64,000 bases of DNA from Eledone cirrhosa (taxonomy: Eukaryota): assembly GCA_964016885.1 (NCBI GenBank), contig OZ024746.1:52018001-52082000 (forward strand). The letters run 5' to 3'. The notes beneath the pieces are model-generated. The model made no database searches and was not told the DNA's origin. It saw only the letters and a program-made list of their open reading frames with translations. The position numbers and the translations under genes were made by a program. Below, piece by piece: positions 15,901-29,000 of this stretch (within the stretch, counting starts at the first letter, position 1; the number at the start of each line of letters is the position of its first letter).

Positions 15901-18700
15901 GTGTATATAGGTGTGTGTAGTATGGTATGGAATTCTATGTATTGGTTATGTTATACTTAGTATGGAGTAGAGTATGGTATAGAATGGTGTATATAGGTGT
16001 GTGTTGCATGGTATCGAATTCTATGTATTGGTTATGTTATACTTTGTATGGAGTAGTGTATGGTATAGAATGGTGTATATAGGTGTGTGTTGTATGGTAT
16101 GGAATTCTATGTATTGGTTATGTTATACTTAGTATGGAGTAGTGTATGGTATAGAATGGTGTATATAGGTGTGTCTTGTATGGTAAGGAATTCTATGTAT
16201 TGGGTATGTTATACTTTGAATAGAGTAGTGTATGTTATAGAATGGTGTATATAGGTGTGTGTTGTATGGTATGGAATTCTATGTATTGTTATGTTATACT
16301 GAGTATGGAGTAGTGTATGGTATAGAATGGTGTATATAGGTGTGTGTTGTATGGTATGGAATTCTATGTATTTGTATGTTTTACTTAGTATGGAGTAGTG
16401 TATGGCATAGAATGGTGTATATAGGTGTGTGTTGTACGGTATGGAATTCTATGTATTGGGTATGTTATACTTAGTATGGAGTAGTGTATGGTATAGAATG
16501 GTGTATATAGGTGTGTGTTGTATGGTATGGAATTCTATGTATTAGGTATGTTATACTGAGTATGGAGTAGTGTATGGTATAGAATGGTGTATATAGGTGT
16601 GTGTTGTATGGTATGGAATTCTATGTATTGGGTATGTTATACTGAGTATGGAGTAGTGTATGGTATAGAATGGTGTATATAGGTGTGTGTTGTATGGTAT
16701 GGAATTCTAAGTATTGGGTATGTTATACTGTGTATGGAGTAGTGTATGGTATAGAATGGTGTATATAGATGTGTGTTGCATGGTATCGAATTCTATGTAT
16801 TGGGTATGTTATACTTTTTATGGAGTAGTGTATCGTATAGAATGGTGTATATAGGTGTGTCTTGTATGGTAAGGAATTCTATGTATTGGGTATGTTATAC
16901 TTTGAATAGAGTAGTGTATGGTATAGAATGGTGTATATAGATGTGTGTTGTATGGTATGGAATTTTATGTATTGGGTATGTTATACTTAATATGGAGTAG
17001 TGTATGGTATAGAATGCTGTATATATGTGTGTGTTGTATGATATGGAATTCAATGTATTGGGTATGTTATACTTAGTATGGAGTAGTGTATGGTATAGAA
17101 TGGTGTATATAGGTGTGTGTTGTATGGTATGGAATTCTATGTATTGGGTATGTTATACTGAGTATGGAGTAGTGTATGGTATAGAATGGTGTATATAGGT
17201 GTGTGTTGTATGGTATGGAATTCTATGTATTGGGTATGTTATATTTAGTATGGAGTAATGTATAGAATGGTGTATATAGGTGTGTGTTGTATGTTATGGA
17301 ATTCTATGTATTAGTATGTTATACTGAGTATGGAGTAGTGTATGGTATAGAATGGTGTTTATAGGTGTGTGTTGTATGGTATGGAATTCTATGAATTGGG
17401 TATGTTATATTTAGTATAGAGTAGTGTATGGTATAGACTGGTGTATATAGGTGTGTGTGGTATGGTATGGAATTATATGTATTGGTTATGTTATATTTAG
17501 TATGGAGTAGTGTATGGCATATAATGGTGTATATAGGTGTGTGTTGTATGGTATGGAATTCTATGTATTGGGTATGTTATACTTAGTATGGTGTAGTGTA
17601 TGGTATAGAATGGTGTATACAGGTGTGTGTTGTATGGTATGGAATTCTATGTATTGGTTATGTTATACTTAGTATGGAGCAGTGTATGGCATAGAATGGT
17701 GTATATAGGTGTGTGTTGTGTGGTATGGAATTCTATGTATTGGGTATGTTATAATTTATAAGGAGTAGTGTATGGTATAGAATGATGTATATAGGTGTGT
17801 GTTGTATGGTATAGAATTCTATGTATTGTGTATGTTATACTTAGTATGGAGTAGTGTATGGTATCGAATGGTGTATGTAGGTGTGTGTTGTATGGTATGG
17901 AATTCTATGAATTGGGTATGTTATATTTAGTATGGAGTAGTGTATGGTATAGAATGGCGTATATAGGTGTGTGTTGTATGGTATGGAATTCTATGTATTG
18001 GGTATGTTATACTTAGTATGGAGTAGTGTATGGTATAGAATGGTGTATATAGGTGTGTGTAGTATGGTATGGAATTCTATGTATTAGGTATGTTATACTG
18101 AGTATGGAGTAGTGTATGGTATAGAATGGTGTATATAGGTGTGTGTTGTATGGTATAGATTTCTATGAATTGGGTATGTTATATTTAGTATGGAGTAGTG
18201 TATGGCATAGAATGGTGTATATAGGTGTGTCTTGTATGGTATGGAATTCTATGTATTGGGTATGTTATACTTTGAATAGAGTAGTGTATGGTATATAATA
18301 GTATATATAGGTGTGTGTTGTATGGTATGGAATGCTATGTATTGGGTATGTTATACTTTGTATGGAGGAGTGTATGGTAAGGAATGGTGTATATAGGTGT
18401 GTGTTGTATGGTATGGAATTATATGTATTGGGTATGTTATACTTAGTATGGTGTAGTGTATGGTATAGAATGGTGTATACAGGTGTGTGTTGTATGGTAT
18501 GGAATTCATTGTATTGGTTATGTTATACTTAGTATGGAGTAGTGTATGGTATAGACTGGTGTATATAGGTGTGTGTTGTATGGTATGGAATGCTATGTAT
18601 TGGGTATGTTATACTTAGTATGGAGTAGAGTATGGTATAGAATGGTGTATATAGGTGTGTGTAGTATGGTATGGAATTCTATGTATTGGTTATGTTATAT
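12930..18700. repeat. Imperfect block duplication: about 12.9-15.95 kb repeated at about 16.0-18.7 kb, with 4 monomers missing in the second copy
   Basis: Private variant ATGATATGGAATTCAATG at ~13952 and ~17038 (offset 3086). The 5-bp deletion AGTAATGTATAGAA occurs at 14511 and 17254 (offset 2743). Near-identical ORFs at 15567 and 18311 (offset 2744). The offset change of 343 bp equals 4 monomers minus 1 bp. Confidence 0.8.
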
Positions 18701-21700
18701 TTAGTATGGAGTAGTGTATGGCATAGAATGGTGTATATAGGTGTGTGTTGTATGGTATGGAATGCTATGTATTGGGTATGTTATAATTTGTATGGAGTAG
18801 TGTATGGTATAGAATGGTGTATATAGGTGTGTGTTGTATGGTATGGAATTCTATGTATTGGGTATGTTATACTTAGTATGGTGTAGTGTATGGTATACAA
18901 TGGTGTATACAGGTGTGTGTTGTATGGTATGGAATTCTATGTATTGGTTATGTTATACTTAGTATGGAGCAGTGTATGGCATAGAATGGTGTATATAGGT
19001 GTGTGTTGTGTGGTATGGAATTCTATGTATTGGGTATGTTATAATTTATAAGGAGTAGTGTATGGTATAGAATGATGTATATAGGTGTGTGTTGTATGGT
19101 ATAGAATTCTATGTATTGTGTATGTTATACTTAGTATGGAGTAGTGTATGGTATCGAATGGTGTATGTAGGTGTGTGTTGTATGGTATGGAATTCTATGA
19201 ATTGGGTATGTTATATTTAGTATGGAGTAGTGTATGGTATAGAATGGCGTATATAGGTGTGTGTTGTATGGTATGGAATTCTATGTATTGGGTATGTTAT
19301 ATTTTGTATGGTGTAGTGTATGGTATAGAATGGTGTATATAGGTGTGTGTTGTATGGTATGGAATTCTATGTATCGTTATGTTATACTTAGAATGGAGGA
19401 GTGTATGGTATAGAATGGTGTATATAGGTGTGTGTTGTACGGTATGTAATTCTATGTATTGGGTATGTTATACTTAGTATGGAGTAGTGTATGGCATAGA
19501 ATGGTGTATATAGGTGTGTGTTGTATGGTATGGAATTATATGTATTGTGTATGTTATACTTTGTATGGAGTAGTGTATGGTATAGAATGGTGTATATGGG
19601 TGTGTGTTGTATGGTATGGAATTCTATGTATTGGGTATGTTATACTGAATATGGAGTAGTGTATGGTATAGAATGGTGTATATAGGTGTGTGTTGTATGG
19701 TATGGAATTCTATGAATTGGGTATGTTATATTTAGTATAGAGTAGTGTATGGTATCGACTGGTGTATATAGGTGTGTGTTGTATGGTATGGAATTCTATG
19801 TATTGGTTATGTTATATTTAGTATGGAGTAGTCTATGGCATTGAATGGTGTATATAGGTGTCTGTTGTATGGTATGGAATCCTATGTATTGGGTATGTTA
19901 TACTTTGTATGGAGTAGTGTATGGTAATAGAATGGTGTATATAGGTGTGTGTTGTATGGTATGGAATGCTATGTATAGGGTATGTTATATTTAGTATGGA
20001 GTAGAGTATGGTATAGAATGGTGTATATAGGTGTGTGTAGTATGGTATGGAATTCTATGTATTGGTTATGTTATATTTAGTATGGAGTAGTGTATGGCAT
20101 AGAATGGTGTATATAGGTGTGTGTTGTATGGTATGGAATTCTATGTATTGGGTATGTTATACTTAGTATGGAGTAGTGTATGGTATAGTATGGTGTATAT
20201 AGGTGTGTCTTTTATGGTAAGGAATTCTATGTATTGGGTATGTTATACTTTGAATAGAGTAGTGTATGGTATAGATTGGTGTATATAGGTGTGTGTTGTA
20301 TGGTATGGAATTCTATGTATTGGGTATGTTATACTTAGTATGGAGTAGTGTATGGCATATACTGGTGTATATAGGTGTGTGTTGTAGGGTATGGAATACT
20401 ATGTACTGGGTATGTTATACTTTGTATGGAGTAGTGTATGGCATAGATTGGTGTATATAGGTTTTGTGTTGTATGGTATGGAATTCTATGAGTTGGGTAT
20501 GTTAAATTTAGTATGGAATAGTGTATGACATAGACTGGTGTATATAGGTGTGTGTTGCATGGTATCGAATTCTATGTATTGGTTATGTTATACTTTGTAT
20601 GGAGTAGTGTATGGTATAGAATGGTGTATATAGGTGTGTGTTGTATGGTATGGAATTCTATGTATTGGTTATGTTATACTTAGTATGGAGTAGTGTATGG
20701 TATAGAATGGTGTATATAGGTGTGTGTTGTATGGTATAGAATTCTATGAATTGGGTATGTTATATTTAGTATGGAGTAGTGTATGGCATAGAATGGTGTA
20801 TATAGGTGTGTCTTGTATGGTATGGAATTCTATGTATTGGGTATGTTATACTTTGAATAGAGTAGTGTATGGTATATAATAGTATATATAGGTGTGTGTT
20901 GTATGGTATGGAATGCTATGTATTGGGTATGCTATACTTTGTATGGAGGAGTGTATGGTAAGGAATGGTGTATATAGGTGTGTGTTGTATGGTATGGAAT
21001 TATATGTATTGGGTATGTTATACTTAGTATGGTGTAGTGTATGGTATAGAATGGTGTATACAGGTGTGTGTTGTATGGTATGGAATTCATTGTATTGGTT
21101 ATGTTATACTTAGTATGGAGTAGTGTATGGTATAGACTGTTGTATATAGGTGTGTGTTGTATGGTATGGAATGCTATGTATTGGGTATGTTATACTTAGT
21201 ATGGAGTAGAGTATGGTATAGAATGGTGTATATAGGTGTGTGTAGTATGGTATGGAATTCTATGTATTGGTTATGTTATACTTAGTATGGAGTAGAGTAT
21301 GGTATAGAATGGTGTATATAGGTGTGTGTTGCATGGTATCGAATTCTATGTATTGGTTATGTTATACTTTGTATGGAGTAGTGTATGGTATAGAATGGTG
21401 TATATAGGTGTGTGTTGTATGGTATGGAATTCTATGTATTGGTTATGTTATACTTAGTATGGAGTAGTGTATGGTATAGAATGGTGTATATAGGTGTGTC
21501 TTGTATGGTAAGGAATTCTATGTATTGGGTATGTTATACTTTGAATAGAGTAGTGTATGTTATAGAATGGTGTATATAGGTGTGTGTTGTATGGTATGGA
21601 ATTCTATGTATTGTTATGTTATACTGAGTATGGAGTAGTGTATGGTATAGAATGGTGTATATAGGTGTGTGTTGTATGGTATGGAATTCTATGTATTTGT

Positions 21701-24700
21701 ATGTTTTACTTAGTATGGAGTAGTGTATGGCATAGAATGGTGTATATAGGTGTGTGTTGTACGGTATGGAATTCTATGTATTGGGTATGTTATACTTAGT
21801 ATGGAGTAGTGTATGGTATAGAATGGTGTATATAGGTGTGTGTTGTATGGTATGGAATTCTATGTATTAGGTATGTTATACTGAGTATGGAGTAGTGTAT
21901 GGTATAGAATGGTGTATATAGGTGTGTGTTGTATGGTATGGAATTCTATGTATTGGGTATGTTATACTGAGTATGGAGTAGTGTATGGTATAGAATGGTG
22001 TATATAGGTGTGTGTTGTATGGTATGGAATTCTAAGTATTGGGTATGTTATACTGTGTATGGAGTAGTGTATGGTATAGAATGGTGTATATAGATGTGTG
22101 TTGCATGGTATCGAATTCTATGTATTGGGTATGTTATACTTTTTATGGAGTAGTGTATCGTATAGAATGGTGTATATAGGTGTGTCTTGTATGGTAAGGA
22201 ATTCTATGTATTGGGTATGTTATACTTTGAATAGAGTAGTGTATGGTATAGAATGGTGTATATAGATGTGTGTTGTATGGTATGGAATTTTATGTATTGG
22301 GTATGTTATACTTAATATGGAGTAGTGTATGGTATAGAATGCTGTATATATGTGTGTGTTGTATGATATGGAATTCAATGTATTGGGTATGTTATACTTA
22401 GTATGGAGTAGTGTATGGTATAGAATGGTGTATATAGGTGTGTGTTGTATGGTATGGAATTCTATGTATTGGGTATGTTATACTGAGTATGGAGTAGTGT
22501 ATGGTATAGAATGGTGTATATAGGTGTGTGTTGTATGGTATGGAATTCTATGTATTGGGTATGTTATATTTAGTATGGAGTAATGTATAGAATGGTGTAT
22601 ATAGGTGTGTGTTGTATGTTATGGAATTCTATGTATTAGTATGTTATACTGAGTATGGAGTAGTGTATGGTATAGAATGGTGTTTATAGGTGTGTGTTGT
22701 ATGGTATGGAATTCTATGAATTGGGTATGTTATATTTAGTATAGAGTAGTGTATGGTATAGACTGGTGTATATAGGTGTGTGTGGTATGGTATGGAATTA
22801 TATGTATTGGTTATGTTATATTTAGTATGGAGTAGTGTATGGCATATAATGGTGTATATAGGTGTGTGTTGTATGGTATGGAATTCTATGTATTGGGTAT
22901 GTTATACTTAGTATGGTGTAGTGTATGGTATAGAATGGTGTATACAGGTGTGTGTTGTATGGTATGGAATTCTATGTATTGGTTATGTTATACTTAGTAT
23001 GGAGCAGTGTATGGCATAGAATGGTGTATATAGGTGTGTGTTGTGTGGTATGGAATTCTATGTATTGGGTATGTTATAATTTATAAGGAGTAGTGTATGG
23101 TATAGAATGATGTATATAGGTGTGTGTTGTATGGTATAGAATTCTATGTATTGTGTATGTTATACTTAGTATGGAGTAGTGTATGGTATCGAATGGTGTA
23201 TGTAGGTGTGTGTTGTATGGTATGGAATTCTATGAATTGGGTATGTTATATTTAGTATGGAGTAGTGTATGGTATAGAATGGCGTATATAGGTGTGTGTT
23301 GTATGGTATGGAATTCTATGTATTGGGTATGTTATACTTAGTATGGAGTAGTGTATGGTATAGAATGGTGTATATAGGTGTGTGTAGTATGGTATGGAAT
23401 TCTATGTATTAGGTATGTTATACTGAGTATGGAGTAGTGTATGGTATAGAATGGTGTATATAGGTGTGTGTTGTATGGTATAGATTTCTATGAATTGGGT
23501 ATGTTATATTTAGTATGGAGTAGTGTATGGCATAGAATGGTGTATATAGGTGTGTCTTGTATGGTATGGAATTCTATGTATTGGGTATGTTATACTTTGA
23601 ATAGAGTAGTGTATGGTATATAATAGTATATATAGGTGTGTGTTGTATGGTATGGAATGCTATGTATTGGGTATGTTATACTTTGTATGGAGGAGTGTAT
23701 GGTAAGGAATGGTGTATATAGGTGTGTGTTGTATGGTATGGAATTATATGTATTGGGTATGTTATACTTAGTATGGTGTAGTGTATGGTATAGAATGGTG
23801 TATACAGGTGTGTGTTGTATGGTATGGAATTCATTGTATTGGTTATGTTATACTTAGTATGGAGTAGTGTATGGTATAGACTGGTGTATATAGGTGTGTG
23901 TTGTATGGTATGGAATGCTATGTATTGGGTATGTTATACTTAGTATGGAGTAGAGTATGGTATAGAATGGTGTATATAGGTGTGTGTAGTATGGTATGGA
24001 ATTCTATGTATTGGTTATGTTATATTTAGTATGGAGTAGTGTATGGCATAGAATGGTGTATATAGGTGTGTGTTGTATGGTATGGAATGCTATGTATTGG
24101 GTATGTTATAATTTGTATGGAGTAGTGTATGGTATAGAATGGTGTATATAGGTGTGTGTTGTATGGTATGGAATTCTATGTATTGGGTATGTTATACTTA
24201 GTATGGTGTAGTGTATGGTATACAATGGTGTATACAGGTGTGTGTTGTATGGTATGGAATTCTATGTATTGGTTATGTTATACTTAGTATGGAGCAGTGT
24301 ATGGCATAGAATGGTGTATATAGGTGTGTGTTGTGTGGTATGGAATTCTATGTATTGGGTATGTTATAATTTATAAGGAGTAGTGTATGGTATAGAATGA
24401 TGTATATAGGTGTGTGTTGTATGGTATAGAATTCTATGTATTGTGTATGTTATACTTAGTATGGAGTAGTGTATGGTATCGAATGGTGTATGTAGGTGTG
24501 TGTTGTATGGTATGGAATTCTATGAATTGGGTATGTTATATTTAGTATGGAGTAGTGTATGGTATAGAATGGCGTATATAGGTGTGTGTTGTATGGTATG
24601 GAATTCTATGTATTGGGTATGTTATATTTTGTATGGTGTAGTGTATGGTATAGAATGGTGTATATAGGTGTGTGTTGTATGGTATGGAATTCTATGTATC

Positions 24701-26050
24701 GTTATGTTATACTTAGAATGGAGGAGTGTATGGTATAGAATGGTGTATATAGGTGTGTGTTGTACGGTATGTAATTCTATGTATTGGGTATGTTATACTT
24801 AGTATGGAGTAGTGTATGGCATAGAATGGTGTATATAGGTGTGTGTTGTATGGTATGGAATTATATGTATTGTGTATGTTATACTTTGTATGGAGTAGTG
24901 TATGGTATAGAATGGTGTATATGGGTGTGTGTTGTATGGTATGGAATTCTATGTATTGGGTATGTTATACTGAATATGGAGTAGTGTATGGTATAGAATG
25001 GTGTATATAGGTGTGTGTTGTATGGTATGGAATTCTATGAATTGGGTATGTTATATTTAGTATAGAGTAGTGTATGGTATCGACTGGTGTATATAGGTGT
25101 GTGTTGTATGGTATGGAATTCTATGTATTGGTTATGTTATATTTAGTATGGAGTAGTCTATGGCATTGAATGGTGTATATAGGTGTCTGTTGTATGGTAT
25201 GGAATCCTATGTATTGGGTATGTTATACTTTGTATGGAGTAGTGTATGGTAATAGAATGGTGTATATAGGTGTGTGTTGTATGGTATGGAATGCTATGTA
25301 TAGGGTATGTTATATTTAGTATGGAGTAGAGTATGGTATAGAATGGTGTATATAGGTGTGTGTAGTATGGTATGGAATTCTATGTATTGGTTATGTTATA
25401 TTTAGTATGGAGTAGTGTATGGCATAGAATGGTGTATATAGGTGTGTGTTGTATGGTATGGAATTCTATGTATTGGGTATGTTATACTTAGTATGGAGTA
25501 GTGTATGGTATAGTATGGTGTATATAGGTGTGTCTTTTATGGTAAGGAATTCTATGTATTGGGTATGTTATACTTTGAATAGAGTAGTGTATGGTATAGA
25601 TTGGTGTATATAGGTGTGTGTTGTATGGTATGGAATTCTATGTATTGGGTATGTTATACTTAGTATGGAGTAGTGTATGGCATATACTGGTGTATATAGG
25701 TGTGTGTTGTAGGGTATGGAATACTATGTACTGGGTATGTTATACTTTGTATGGAGTAGTGTATGGCATAGATTGGTGTATATAGGTTTTGTGTTGTATG
25801 GTATGGAATTCTATGAGTTGGGTATGTTAAATTTAGTATGGAATAGTGTATGACATAGACTGGTGTATATAGGTGTGTGTTGCATGGTATCGAATTCTAT
25901 GTATTGGTTATGTTATACTTTGTATGGAGTAGTGTATGGTATAGAATGGTGTATATAGGTGTGTGTTGTATGGTATGGAATTCTATGTATTGGTTATGTT
26001 ATACTTAGTATGGAGTAGTGTATGGTATAGAATGGTGTATATAGGTGTGT
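15365..26050. repeat. Near-perfect tandem duplication of a 5325-bp (62-monomer) block
   Basis: ORF pairs 15567/20892, 18311/23636, 19148/24473 and 19459/24784 are all offset by 5325 bp with identical translations. Rare variants are shared at the same offset: GGTGTTTATAGG ~17355/22680, TAGATTTC ~18156/23481, TACAATGG ~18896/24221, GTAATTC ~19446/24771, GGTTTTGTG ~20460/25785. 62x86 minus 7 bp net indels equals 5325. Confidence 0.93.
17570..19300. repeat. About 5-monomer module repeated at 1290-bp (15-monomer) spacing, nested in the 5325-bp block
   Basis: The series TACAGG / GGAGCAG / TTGTGTGG / ATAATTTATAAGG / GAATGATG / TATCGAATGGTGTATGTAGG / GGCGTA occurs twice, with ATAATTTATA at 17751 and 19041. 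Confidence 0.85.
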
Positions 26051-29000
26051 CTTGTATGGTAAGGAATTCTATGTATAGGGTATGTTATACTTTGAATAGA
26101 GTAGTGTATGGTATAGAATGGTGTATATAGGTGTGTGTTGTATGGTATGGAATTCTATGTATTGTTATGTTATACTGAGTATGGAGTAGTGTATGGTATA
26201 GAATGGTGTATATAGGTGTGTGTTGTATGGTATGGAATTCTATGTATTAGGTATGTTATACTGAGTATGGAGTAGTGTATGGTATAGAATGGTGTATATA
26301 GGTGTGTGTTGTATGGTATGGAATTCTATGTATTGGGTATGTTATACTGAGTATGGAGTAGTGTATGGTATAGAATGGTGTATATAGGTGTGTGTTGTAT
26401 GGTATGGAATTCTAAGTATTGGGTATGTTATACTTTTTATGGAGTAGTGTATCGTATAGAATGGTGTATATAGGTGTGTCTTGTATGGTAAGGAATTCTA
26501 TGTATTGGGTATGTTATACTTTGAATAGAGTAGTGTATGGTATAGAATGGTGTATATAGATGTGTGTTGTATGGTATGGAATTTCATGTATTGGGTATGT
26601 TATACTTAATATGGAGTAGTGTATGGTATAGAATGCTGTATATATGTGTGTGTTGTATGATATGGAATTCTATGTATTGGGTATGTTATACTTAGTATGG
26701 AGTAGTGTATGGTATAGAATGGTGTATATAGGTGTGTGTTGTATGGTATGGAATTCTATGTATTGGGTATGTTATATTTTGTATGGTGTAGTGGATGGTA
26801 TAGAATGGTGTATATAGGTATGTGTTGTATGGTATGGAATTCTATGTATTGTTATGTTATACTGAGTATGGAGTAGTGTATGGTATAGAATGGTGTATAT
26901 AGGTGTGTGTTGTATGGTATGGAATTCTATGTATTGGGTATGTTTTACTTAGTATGGAGTAGTGTATAGCGTAGAATGGTGTATATAGGTGTGTGTTGTA
27001 CGGTATGGAATTCTATGTATTGGGTATGTTATAGTTAGTATGGAGTAGTGTATGGCATAGAATGGTGTATATAGGTGTGTGTTGTATGGTATGGAATTCT
27101 ATGTTTTGGGTATGTTATATTTAGTATGGAGTAGTGTATGGTATAGAATGGTGTATATAGGTGTGTGTTGTATGTTATGGAATTCTATGTATTAGTATGT
27201 TATACTGAGTATGGAGTAGTGTATGGTATAGAATGGTGTATATAGGTGTGTGTTGTATGGTATGGAATTCTATGAATTGGGTATGTTATATTTAGTATAG
27301 AGTAGTGTATGGTATAGACTGGTGTATATAGGTGTGTGTTGTATGGTATGGAATTATATGTATTTGTTATGTTATAGTTAGTATGGAGTAGTGTATGGCA
27401 TAGAATGGTGTATATAGGTGTGTGTTGTATGGTATGGAATGCTATGTATTGGGTATGTTATAATTTGTATGGAGTAGTGTATGGTATAGAATGGTGTATA
27501 TAGGTGTGTGTTGTATGGTATGGAATTCTATGTATTGGGTATGTTATACTTAGTATGGTGTAGTGTATCGTATAGAATGGTGTATACAGGTGTGTGTTGT
27601 ATGGTATGGAATTCTATGTATTGGTTATGTTATACTTAGTATGGAGCAGTGTATGGCATAGAATGGTGTATATAGGTGTGTGTTGTGTGGTATGGAATTC
27701 TATGTATTGGGTATGTTATAATTATTAAGGAGTAGTGTATGGTATAGAATGATGTATATAGGTGTGTGTTGTATGGTATAGAATTCTATGTATTGTGTAT
27801 GTTATACTTAGTATGGAGTAGTGTATGGTATCGAATGGTGTATGTAGGTGTGTGTTGTATGGTATGGAATTCTACGAATTGGGTATGTTATATTTAGTAT
27901 GGAGTAGTGTATGGTATAGAATGGCGTATATAGGTGTGTGTTGTATGGTATGGAATTCTATGTATTGGGTATGTTATACTTAGTATGGAGTAGTGTATGG
28001 TATAGAATGGTGTATATAGGTGTGTGTAGTATGGTATGGAATTCTATGTATTAGGTATGTTATACTGAGTATGGAGTAGTGTATGGTATAGAATGGTGTA
28101 TATAGGTGTGTGTTGTATGGTATAGAATTCTATGAATTGGGTATGTTATATTTAGTATGGAGTAGTGTATGGCATAGAATGGTGTATATAGGTGTGTCTT
28201 GTATGGTATGGAATTCTATGTATTGGGTATGTTATACTTTGAATAGAGTAGTGTATGGTATATAATAGTATATATAGGTGTGTGTTGTATGGTATGGAAT
28301 GCTATGTATTGGGTATGTTATACTTTGTATGGAGGAGTGTATGGTAAGGAATGGTGTATATAGGTGTGTGTTGTATGGTATGGAATTATATGTATTGGGT
28401 ATGTTATACTTAGTATGGTGTAGTGTATGGTATAGAATGGTGTATACAGGTGTGTGTTGTATGGTATGGAATTCTTTGTATTGGTTATGTAATACTTAGT
28501 ATGGAGTAGTGTATGGTATAGACTGGTGTATATAGGTGTGTGTTGTATGGTATGGAATGCTATGTATTGGGTATGTTATACTTAGTATGGAGTAGAGTAT
28601 GGTATAGAATGGTGTATATAGGTGTGTGTAGTATGGTATGGAATTCTATGTATTGGTTATGTTATATTTAGTATGGAGTAGTGTATGGCATAGAATGGTG
28701 TATATAGGTGTGTGTTGTATGGTATGGAATTCTATGTATTGGGTATGTTATATTAGTATGGAGTAGTGTATGGTATAGTATGGTGTATATAGGTGTGTCT
28801 TGTATGGTAAGAAATTCTATGTATTGGGTATGTTATACTTTGAATAGAGTAGTGTATGGTATAGAATGGTGTATATAGGTGTGTGTTGTATGGTATGGAA
28901 TTCTATGTATTGGGTATGTTATACTTAGTATGGAGTAGTGTATGGCATAGATTGGTGTATATAGGTGTGTGTTGTATGGTATGGAATTCTATGAGTTGGG

